NCBI RefSeq assembly: GCF_003704095.1 | Contig: NW_020846227.1 | Location: 186,001 to 250,000 of the forward strand | Direction: 5' to 3' | Length of the DNA stretch: 64,000 bases | Source: Pocillopora damicornis | Lineage: Eukaryota | Shown here: positions 1 through 14,651 of the stretch, piece after piece | How the letters are laid out: each line of letters begins with the position of its first letter | Numbering within the stretch: position 1 is the stretch's first letter | Position numbers and translations under genes: made by a program | Notes under the pieces: generated by a model | What the model saw: only the letters and a program-made list of their open reading frames with translations | Database searches by the model: none | Told to the model about the DNA's origin: nothing

Positions 1-17
1 ACCCACCGAGTACTTAC

Positions 18-5007
<4,990 letters not shown>

Positions 5008-5336
5008 CTATGAAAAAATGAGCATTAATCAGTGAACTAAGAAATATGCCATAAGACCAATTTTATTTATATCACTTCTTCCTGGGGGTATAAAAGACAT
5101 AAAAAAGGTTGGAGGAAACACATAATTTGGGATACCAATAAATTCATAGATGGTATATTACAAGAAGAAATGCTATAGCCTGGCAGGTGCAGTAAGGGAG
5201 ATGGGAGGGGAATGCCAGTGCAGCCATCTCCCTTTTNNNNNNNNNNNNNNNNNNNNNNNNNNNNNNNNNNNNNNNNNNNNNNNNNNNNNNNNNNNNNNNN
5301 NNNNNNNNNNNNNNNNNNNNNNNNNNNNNNNNNNNN

Positions 5337-8300
5337 TGAAGCAGAAATTGTTCACTGAGGTCGAAGGAACTTGTAGCGGAAAGTAAGCAGTTAATTAATT
5401 TTTTCTTTTCTTCTTTTTTTTATCTCTTTGTGGAAGTATAAGATTTGAGAACATAAAAATATCGCTGGAACTACGCTTTTTCCTTCAAATGCAGTATCCA
5501 TTTTCATAAAAATTTCGATGTCCAAGAGTTAGACGGTTACTGTAGTTCATAAGTAAAGCATCTCCGCTTGTACCCAACATTGATGGGCAAATAATTCGGT
5601 AAATTTTATCTATAAGCCACTGAAGTATTAGCGGAACTATTGGTGAAATTTCCGCGCGGCCCCATACTTCATTATGCATTCAGTTCTTAGATAGAGAAAA
5701 CAATGACAAAAACAATACATTGCCATTGGGAAAACAGATTTGTTTTACAATAGTATGGGGCTGTGCGGAAATTTTACCGAACTGTTATCTTCTTAAGGTA
5801 TGGCTTTATCATAGCTGTCACCACAATTGACAACATTGGAGTTGGTCACATCCAACCAGGACGTGGATTTGTTGTGTATCCTGTCAAATATAAGGTTAGC
5901 AGGGGTTCATTTCTGTTATGGTACATTTCTTTTTTCATTCCACAACAGGTAATATTTTTCTCTGTTTTGATTACTTTATTTGTGTCTTTTCAATGCTCAG
6001 TGGAAACGGACTCCAATGAATGATTCATTTACCCTTTGTTGTTACAAATTGTTTTTTTTTTTTTTACAGGCTATTGTTTTCAGACCATTTAAAGGCGAAG
6101 TTCTGGATGCTGTAGTCATGCAAGTAAACAAGGTAGAAAATCTCCAGCAAAGTGTGAAAGAAATTGTCACCTCTGTCAGAGTGACTAGCATCTAATTTCT
6201 CCTTACAATATCACCCCTGAATCATGTAGTAAGGTCACAAGAATAAAGACAATTATCAGCAGCAAAAGAATCTGTTGATTGTTACACAAATTCTCCTAGT
6301 CAGCACCTTAGGGAATGTATGGGGAACAGTATGGAGAATAACTTTACTCATGTTAGGGTGTAAAGGGTTCAGTGCCTTCACTGAACTCTCTTTTGGCCAG
6401 TCACTCATTTTTTTCCTTCCCTTTGTAGGAGTAGAATTTTACGATATAATTTAGCCATGATCAAATGATTGATTGCAACAATTTGTCCTTTAACCATCAT
6501 CCTTTCCTTTGATCTCTCCTTGCAATTGGTTGAATTATTCTAAATGGCCCTGATCTGATCAGTGACAAATTCTCATCACTATATTTATCTCAGGTTGGGT
6601 TGTTCACTGAGATAGGACCTCTTTCATGCTTTGTGTCACGCCATGTAAGTATTTTTCAAGATTGACTGCTTTGTGGAAGGTAACCTTGTACATGTTTTAA
6701 CTTAGCGCAGTAATAAAAGAATGAATCAGAAATGTTAATTGACAAATGCTATTTCAGCTGACACTCCAGGAATAGAAGCTGTTAAAGTGTGCTTAACAAA
6801 GTGATTGACTTGGTCTGGGTTGAAAACCTGTCCAGGTCATTGTGTTGTGTTCCTGGGCAAAACATTTTACTCTTATGGAGCTTTTCTTCAACCAGGAGTA
6901 TGAATGGCTAACTGTCAAGAAAGCCCTTTGAAATGCTTGGGGAGGGTGGGTAACCTTGCAATGGACAAGCATCCCATCCAGGGGGGAGTTGTGATACTCC
7001 TAGTCACTTCATGCTACAGGGAAACTGGGATAAGTTCTGGCTGGCTGGGCCACTAGGCTCAAGTACAGACTTATTTTGTTGAGTGTAATTTGTTAAATTC
7101 TTAGTTTTGGTGGCCATTCAACTTTGTTGGAATGATAGTCATTTACAGCATTCAATTCCTCTTCTCCTCAGACCCCTTCCAGGATAAAGTAATTGGGTAT
7201 TATCAACTGAGTTGATAACATAAATTGGCCACTGCTAAGAGTTTCAAACCTGACGTTTGGTGGGGTTGGCTGTTTGTCAGAGCGAATGATGCAGGGCTAA
7301 TGCTCAAAACCTCAGCTTTGAAACTCTTGACGGTGGCCAATTTACTTTATCAACTTAGTTGATAATACCCATTACCTTGTTCTGTCACAGTTTCTTCAGA
7401 AATGTACCCTCCTTCTATGGTAGCTTGATTTATACTTTGAGGCATGAAAATGTTGGTGTTTTTATTTGTATGCTACTGTCTGACTAGTATTTATATATAT
7501 TTGCTTTTAAGTCAATCCCATCAGATATGGATTTTGATCCAAACTCTAACCCACCATGTTATAAAACAAGAGATGAGGTATGGTGTTGAAAGTTTACTGG
7601 AACTTGTTTGTTTGTGTCAGTTGTAACTGAAAACAGTGTATTACATGTAATGGTAATGTAATTATATTGAACATGTGAAACAGCAAGTCAGGTGTACTAC
7701 TGAACAGGGAAAGAAAATTGTCAGAACCCCCTCTTGCTAAATGTTACTTGTGGGTTAACCCTCTCACTGCCTTTCATGAGTAATTTCCTTACCATCTGCC
7801 ATACAACTGTTATGATGGAAATTAGAGAATTTGGTATAGGATCAACTAATAATCCCCTCATTTAAACTTTTCCTTATTCTCATCACTTGTCTGCATGATA
7901 TTGTATCAATATTGTAAGGAGAAATTCTATCTTGGTCATACGTGGGAGTTAAAGGGTTATCTTGATCATGACAGAAGACTCAAACACCTTTTACTTATTT
8001 GGATCTGAAGAAATAGTTGTACATTGTTGATGGCTAAGTAAACAAGTTTTTGAATGATTGAATGGTCAATTAAAAGTTGATATCTTTAAGTAATTCTTTT
8101 TGTATGGTTAAAGCTTGAAATTTGCCACAACAGCTCATTTCTGTTCATAGGACAATGTGATTCAACAGGATGATGAAATTCGTCTCAGAATAGTAGGAAC
8201 CAGGGTTGACGCTAATGATATTGTAAGTTCTGTGATTCCATGTGTTTAGTAGATCGTTGTTCTTTAAGCCTCAACTTCTTTACATCAATTTGCTACTTCT

Positions 8301-8889
8301 TCATACTGTCTTCTTTGGAACTAGCAAGTAGAACTTGTCTAACAGTCAAGACCTTCTTGAGTTTGTGATCATTTCCTTTATTCTCATGGCCTAAATGTAT
8401 GATTCAGGGATGATACTGTCAGGAGAAATTAGATGTTCATCACTTTTATGGGTTAAATGTGCCCTTGTGAACCCCTTGGAGTGCACATGAACCAGTGGTA
8501 AATTGTGCAGGAAAATTTTTAATTCCGATGTGGTTATCTTGTGGCTCTCAAGGGGAGGACTTGAAATGCCTCTTGCTTTGGAAGGAATTGTAAAACCATC
8601 ATTATGTGTACAGTAATGTCCTTAGAAAGTTCTCTAATTTCTTTAAAAGTAATGTCTGGCTGTTTTGATTTTCAGTTTGCTATTGGTTCACTGATGGATG
8701 ATTATCTTGGTAAGTGTTGTTGTCTTTTTCTTGAGCCCCATATAAATAATCTGTGTTGTTATGGAATAAATAATGGTGTTGGCAAAAATGTCTTCATGTG
8801 GTCAAGATTCTAAGTGAAATGTTGCTCCTTTGATCAAGAAAGCCTACTGATATTTATCACCTTACCTTTCTACAGGTCTTGTCAGTTGA
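5337..8889 (+). CDS. POLR2G: RNA polymerase II subunit RPB7, multi-exon (5' part in gap)
   Basis: Exons <=5337-5382, 5798-5894, 6070-6132, 6594-6644, 7512-7577, 8151-8222, 8676-8709 and 8876-8889 give [88 protein letters not shown]. Confidence 0.97.
6170..6370 (+). mobile_element. piggyBac-type MITE, family B
   Basis: gagtgactagcatctaatttctccttacaatatcacccctgaatc..gttagggtgtaaagggtt. Related copies at about 8265-8456, 18275-18479, 20639-20850, 22045-22624 and 38902-39110. Confidence 0.75.
6805..7075 (+). mobile_element. tRNA-derived SINE (degenerate)
   Basis: B-box-like gggttgaaaacc, then cattgtgttgtgttcctgggcaaaac..catcccatccagggggg..cttcatgctacagggaaactgggataag..gtacagactt. Homologous to copies at about 34800-35097 (-) and 37330-37840 (+). 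Confidence 0.65.
7191..7412. mobile_element. Degenerate palindromic hammerhead-ribozyme (retrozyme/Penelope-associated) element
   Basis: Inverted arms about 7195-7253 and 7312-7370 flank decayed cores (atgatgcagggctaatgctcaaaacctcagc). The tail cacagtttcttcagaaatgtaccct matches the 9607-9830 element in reverse. Confidence 0.7.
7755..7959 (+). mobile_element. piggyBac-type MITE, family A
   Basis: ttaaccct..gagaatttggtataggatcaactaataatcccc..gtgggagttaaagggtta. Confidence 0.75.
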
Positions 8890-9442
8890 TAAAGCTGAAC
8901 ATTTCTCTCAGTTTTCATTGCCTTTGGAGTTATTGTTCAGTACAAGGGAGACATCAATCAATCAATCAATCAAGATTTTGAGTGAACCTTTCAGATTTAT
9001 CTAACAAGAGGTCTTCAAAGTGTTTATGGATACCACACTGTACATAATTATGTATTAATAACACAGGCAAAGGAAGAGTTTTCATGGGTTCTCATTGTGT
9101 TGCATTTATTGAACTTTTTATACAGAAATAATGGTAGTGTAGCTTTTGTTTTTGTGGCAAAACTGATAGTTTTTGAAATTCATATGGTGAATGGGCTTGT
9201 GCTACTAAATACTTTGATACTAAAAAATGTAGCTTGTATGGAACACTATGACATTGCTAGGTATCTTTTGATACATTAAACCTCTTTTATTTGTTTTACA
9301 AAGTTTTGTACATTTTTACATGAGAAACATAAAGTATAAAATATATATATATTCCAAACACTATTTACATCAGTGAACTCCTCCTGGATGACATGGATCA
9401 TTTATTCATTTTCATAAAGTGTTTTCTTTTCTTAATTTTTGT

Positions 9443-9609
9443 TCATGTGTAGCTGTCATCATTGCAAAATTTTGGTTTTGTTTTTCTCTTTTTTAAGCTT
9501 AGTGGTAAATCCAGTCCTTGAGCTAAATTTCAATACCATTAACCTTTCATTTCCAAGATCTTGTTAGTAATTCTCTTTACTCTGCTATACAACTCTTATA
9601 ATGTTAAAA

Positions 9610-9654
<45 letters not shown>

Positions 9655-12600
9655 TATAGCAGGTAATTTAGTGTTAACAACTGGGTTGAAAACTGGGTTG
9701 TTTCGAGCGTTAGCCCTTCGTCAGAGCGATTGATCGCTCTGATGAAGGGCTAACGCTCGAAACGTCAGCTTTTTTAGCCTTTACGGTGGCTAATTTACGT
9801 TTTCAACCCAGTTGTTAACACTAAATTACCTCTTATAATGTTAGGTCAGAGAATTTGGTATTGAATTAACTAATAGTCCCTGATCGATATTTTCTTCATT
9901 CTCATCTCTTGTCTGGTTGATATTGTAAGGAGAAATTCTGTCTTGGTCACTCATGGGNNNNNNNNNNNNNNNNNNNNNNNNNNNNNNNNNNNNNNNNNNN
10001 NNNNNNNNNNNNNNNNNNNNNNNNNNNNNNNNNNNNNNNNNNNNNNNNNNNNNNNNNTCCTCTCACAGGTAACCTCAAACTCTCCAGACAAATGCTTCCC
10101 TGTATCTTCAATTTCTTTATTGTTTTCCAGACGAGTTTTTGCATAAGTTGGATCTTGTCCTATTTCAGGCAGAATTGAAGATGTTTTGTTATTTACTTCC
10201 AAATTAATTTGGTATGAACATTCACTTGAAACAGCTTCATTTCCACCCTCAAAGGCATCTATATTTATGCCATGGCTGATCACTGATTCTTTGCACAGAG
10301 CTGCAATTCTGGTCTCCATTTGTGCTAATTCAATTTTGTTTTTGTCCAAACCATTGTCAGTCTTAAATTGATCCCCTGATAATGAATTGCATTCTGTGTC
10401 AAAGTGAAAGGAGTACAGTGGAAGAGGATTCCGAACTAATTTCTCAATTTTCTGAATTTTTCTTGGTGTTTCTTGGTCCCATCTTGAAGTGCATCTCTTC
10501 AATAATGTCCTGCAAGAGAGTTTGTTGAACAATAAATTCAGACAGGCCTGAGATCACAAGATATAAAAGAAACAAGAACAGGTTTCTCAGTAAACAATGA
10601 TCTGAAGAACACCTTGAGGCACCGAACAAAATATGTAGAAGGGTGTAAAAATTATTAGCTCAACACGATCCTTCCATAAAAGCCTCAAATATCTTCCTGA
10701 AAAAAAGTATTTCAAGAAAGTTTGGTTTTGTCAACTGAGGAGATAAGGGAAATTGGCTACCATAGAGAGATTCTTAAAGTGACATTTTGAGCTCTTCGTC
10801 AAAGCAAAGGGCCAACTAAGGGGTGATGCTCGAAAACTCAGCTTTAGAAACTCTCTATGGAGGCCAATTTACACCATCAACTCAGTTGATAAAAACAAAT
10901 GATCCCTCTTTGTCAGCCTGTCTGTCTGTCTGTCTGTCTGTCTCTGCCTTCCTGCCTGCCTTTCCATTCTCTGTCAGTCTATTTAGTCCACCTCTACCTG
11001 TCTGCTTTTCATTTCACTTTTTCCAACCATTTACTATATACTTCTGCTCCTTTTCCTTCCTTTCATTCAGTTTCCCATCATATTGCTTACTTTGGTACAA
11101 GGTCCTCCTTTTCTGAAAACACTCTATCAGAAACAATGTTCCCTTTTGTTTTTGTGGTTGTCCTATGCAAAGACACCTATGGAAAAAACACTGCCTGATC
11201 AATTATAGCAAGCTATCCTCTGGGAAAGTATGGAACAATACTAATGATGATCTTCTGCTAAATCAATCCAGATAAAAAATTCTAAAGGAAATCTTCCACA
11301 TCTTTAACCCTTTAACTCCAATGAGAAACCAAGATGGAATTTCTCCTTACAATATTAATACAACAACATCAAGCAAACGAGTGATGAGAATAAAGAAAAA
11401 TGTAAATTGGGGGATTATCAGTTGATCCAATACCAAATAAGAATTGTATGGCAGACAGTAAGGAGAATTACTAGAAAGATCTTGGGATTGAAAGGGTTAA
11501 TTTAAAAATGGAATAAGACTGAGACAGTGCAGAGAAGACTACTGGTTACTGAAAACTAGTCAAGACAAAATACTGAACCTTCAGTTGGTAGATTATTGTT
11601 CCTGCCTCATGTAAACAGCATGCTATTGTAAAAAAAAAAAAAAAGAAGTAGTATATACATCTCTTACCTTTTCACACTGTTTTAGGCCTGGTTTGGTTCC
11701 TAGGGAATCTTTAGTATTTGACAAGACTCCATCCCTCTTTTCTTGGCCCCAACCCAACTGCATACAATGGCCATAAATTTCAAATTCCTGCATGCTGTTG
11801 GCAACAAACGCAGTCACATCAAAAATGTTCTACCTATTTTTCAACCATCCATACAGGGTTAATTTTGGGGGATATTTATTTTCNNNNNNNNNNNNNNNNN
11901 NNNNNNNNNNNNNNNNNNNNNNNNNNNNNNNNNNNNNNNNNNNNNNNNNNNNNNNNNNNNNNNNNNNNNNNNNNNNNNNNNNNTTAATTGTTTTTGAACA
12001 AAGACTCCTTTAGAAGGAAGGGCATAAATGAGTTTTTGGTGGAACACCCAACCTGTTCAAAAAAGTGAGGTAAAAATATCTTTGAGGCAAGAAAAAATCC
12101 TCCCTCTGCTCTCTGTGAAACTCAGAAAGGTATTTATCATTGAGCTTTATAACAGGAACTTTTTTGCCCAAAACGGAGCTCTACCTTCATCTTCTTTTCA
12201 TCTTCCTCTTTCAAACAGAATGCTTTAAAAGCAGTGTGCAGAACTTCTGATACAACCCCATAGTGCAGGCCTCCCACAAAAATATTACAGTTGTTAGGAG
12301 AAGCTGTCAATGTCTTCCACAGGGCGACATCTTTTTCACTGGATAAGTAAGTATGGTCTTGAGTGATACTGTCAGGGCCAAGTGAATTACTGGAGGCAAG
12401 ACTCTCATGTTCCTGTTTTAGGGGCAGAAGGAAACAAAGACAGAAAAAAGCAAGGCAAAAAAGGCAAATTGTCATTTGGCACCATTCAGATCAGTAAAAG
12501 ATGGGATAAAGGACTTTTTTAAATAATGATTTAACTATTGTATACTATACATGATAGAAAGTGAACCTGTCAGTATATTAAGGGATTCATGCTGGTTTGA

Positions 12601-14105
12601 CTCTCTGGACAACATGTAGCTCCCACATAATGGTTTGGAACTTTCTTGAAAAAATTACCTCAGACGACAAGCAATGTTACATAGTTACAAAGCCTGATTC
12701 TACCTCTTATTTGCAAATGTCATTCTAGTGACATTATTATACAGTAATCACTGTAGAAAATACAATCAAAATGTGAGATCTTCGGAATGGCATTATTGTC
12801 ATGGTACTTTACATTCATTCCATCCAATCCAAATGACACAAAAGGAAGAGGTGGAGGTTGGAAATTTTCTTGATGTGGCATCTGGTTGACATAACTCAAC
12901 ATCTTTTGGACAGAAACCTCTTGTTCCTCTGATGACACTAAATATGGTCAGGATTGTTATGAAATGAATTAATTAAAATATCTATTAAAATTGTATAACA
13001 ATAAATTCAGACAGAAAATGACTTGAAACTGGGCCTATTAGTTGATAGTATCATGTGATTCCTCTGTTGAGGATAGAACTTAAACAGATTATTGTTGGTG
13101 AGAAAGGTTGATTTCTGATGATCGATGGTAAGGCAACATCAGAGTCAAGGAAAGAGTTGTCTGCCTTTTAATAGGACTGAGAAAAAAAAGAAAAAAGAAA
13201 AAAAAACTGACCACACAATTTCCAGGCACAAACTTAAGCGATACCGTGCAGCCAAGAAAGTTTCCTTTCCCTATCTCCAATGATGAATTAGGCTAACTAT
13301 ATACCAAAATGTTATTAACCCTTTAACTCCCAGATCAAATTTGTCATTCTCTTCACTGTCAACCACACAATTCTTACAGTGTTAGTTCAGAGAATTTATT
13401 ATATATTGGATCACCTAATTATCCCCAAATTTAAATGTTTTTCAGTCTATTCTCATCACTTATCTGGTTGATATTGTATTGATATTGTAAGGAGAAATTC
13501 TGTCTTGGTCACTCGTGGGAGTTAAAGGGTTAACTGTCACTAACAAAAATCAGGACTTCCCTTCCTCCTACAATCATACAACACAATTGAATGCTTTCAC
13601 AAGGATTGTATACTTCATGCCAGTGTCATGATGGCACCAAGGCAAAAAAAACAATGATCCATGAACTGGGGAGGTTGAACTCAGGGATAACAGGAGCACA
13701 AGCAGGGTGGGTGGGGTGGGGTATAGAGTCAAAAACCTCTCTCCTCCACATAGGCTTAAAAAAAAAATAAAAAGTTGCTGAATATTCATTGATTTGTGCC
13801 TGCCCTCATTCTGTGTGGCAGATATCTCCTTGTAAGCTTCTGTGGAGAAGAAGAAGTGTCCAAAATCCTTTCAAAAATGGGACAAATACCCCATAAGTCC
13901 TTCCCTGAATCATACTAACTCTTACCCTCAAGTTGCTTTGCTTTTCTTAAGATTGTCACTGGAGCCTTTATTCTCTCCAGTTTCCTTCTTTTTCCTCTTG
14001 TTATTTCTGCTGGTTTCTTTACATATTTTCTGTGACTTGGGTGTGGTTGACACTTCTTGCCTTGCTGAGTGTTTCGGTGACACCTCTCTGAGCTTGAGCA
14101 CCCAA
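9443..14105 (-). CDS. Uncharacterised protein with a TIA-1/Nam8-like RRM and long low-complexity regions, multi-exon, interrupted by gaps
   Basis: SPNNCNIFVGGLHYGVVSEVLHTAFKAF (about 12185-12410, RNP2 and helix 1) and AFVANSMQEFEIYGHCMQLGWGQ (about 11648-11830, RRM C-terminus). Further plausible exons at about 13926-14105, 11092-11177, 10058-10509 and a last exon about 9522-9443 (QGLDLPLSLKKRKTKPKFCNDDSYT*). Some internal exons are uncertain. Confidence 0.6.
9607..9830. mobile_element. Palindromic retrozyme-like insertion with 13-14 bp target-site duplication
   Basis: TSD (C)TCTTATAATGTTA at 9593-9606 and 9830-9843; outer inverted arms about 9661-9693 and 9799-9831; inner inverted arms 9700-9729 and 9734-9763. 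Confidence 0.85.
9734..9770 (+). ncRNA. Minimal type I hammerhead ribozyme
   Basis: gct-CTGATGA(9739-9745)-a-gggc taac gctc (stem II)-GAAA(9759-9762)-c-GTC(9764-9766, cleavage triplet)-agc. Stem III is reduced to palindromic ACGT, as in dimer-forming Penelope-associated hammerheads. Confidence 0.8.
10715..10900. mobile_element. Third, strongly decayed palindromic hammerhead element
   Basis: tttggttttgtcaactgaggagataa..aaattggctaccatagagag versus ctctctatggaggccaattta..atcaactcagttgataaaaacaaa (inverted), with core remnants ctcttcgtca and tgatgctcgaaaactcagc. Confidence 0.6.
10915..10960. repeat. (CTGT)n/(CTGC)n microsatellite
   Basis: ctgtctgtctgtctgtctgtctgtc..ctgcctgcc. Confidence 0.9.
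11304..11500 (-). mobile_element. piggyBac-type MITE, family A
   Basis: TTAA-ccctttaactcc..gggattgaaaggg-TTAA. Confidence 0.85.
13315..13533 (+). mobile_element. piggyBac-type MITE, family A (best-preserved copy)
   Basis: TTAA at 13315-13318 and 13530-13533; perfect 14-bp TIR ccctttaactccca/tgggagttaaaggg. Other A copies at about 18649-18835, 20195-20403, 22138-22349, 24454-24506, 37570-37764 and 50467-51085. Confidence 0.9.
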
Positions 14106-14159
14106 CTAAATTTTATACAAAAGTGAGAAAACAAAGCAGTCACAAGGCAATAATAACCT

Positions 14160-14427
14160 ATTGACTGACTAACTGACTGACTGGCTGGCTGACTAGCTGA
14201 CTGATTGGCTGACAGACCAGCTAACTGACTAGCTGACTGATTGGCTGGATGACTGGCTGAATAACTGGCTGGTTGATTAACTGACTGATTGGCTGGCTGA
14301 CTTGCTGACTGACCCTCTGACTGACATACTGATGCACTGAGTATTGATAGACTGACAGACTGACTGACTGACTGATCCAGGACTGTCTGACTAACTGACC
14401 AGCCAAGTGATTGACTGAGTGAATGAT
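14160..14427. repeat. Compound (CTGA/CTGG/CTAA)n tetranucleotide array
   Basis: About 270 bp of gactgactaactgactgactggctggctgactagctga.. running into the gap. Confidence 0.9.
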
Positions 14428-14651
14428 NNNNNNNNNNNNNNNNNNNNNNNNNNNNNNNNNNNNNNNNNNNNNNNNNNNNNNNNNNNNNNNNNNNNNNNNN
14501 NNNNNNNNNNNNNNNNNNNNNNNNNNNTACTTCTGAACTTTTTAAATTCACATTTCAGTGTTTACATTCACACCTTCTACAACTTGTAGACTTGGGTTGT
14601 AACAAAGAAGTGTGAATTTTACTCTCTGCTGAATTTTTGGTGTTCATGCAG

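Larger units (their letters stand above)
9539..9957 (+). mobile_element. piggyBac-type MITE, family A, split by the hammerhead element
   Basis: ttaacctttc..aagatcttgttagtaattctc..tcttataatgtta [insert] tcttataatgttaggtcagagaatttggtattg..ttctgtcttggtcactcatggg (runs into gap). Confidence 0.8.

Noticed and set aside
13928-14551. 207-aa ORF with SQSV/SQPA repeats
   Set aside because: Translation of a tetranucleotide microsatellite plus an N gap; the real exon uses another frame.
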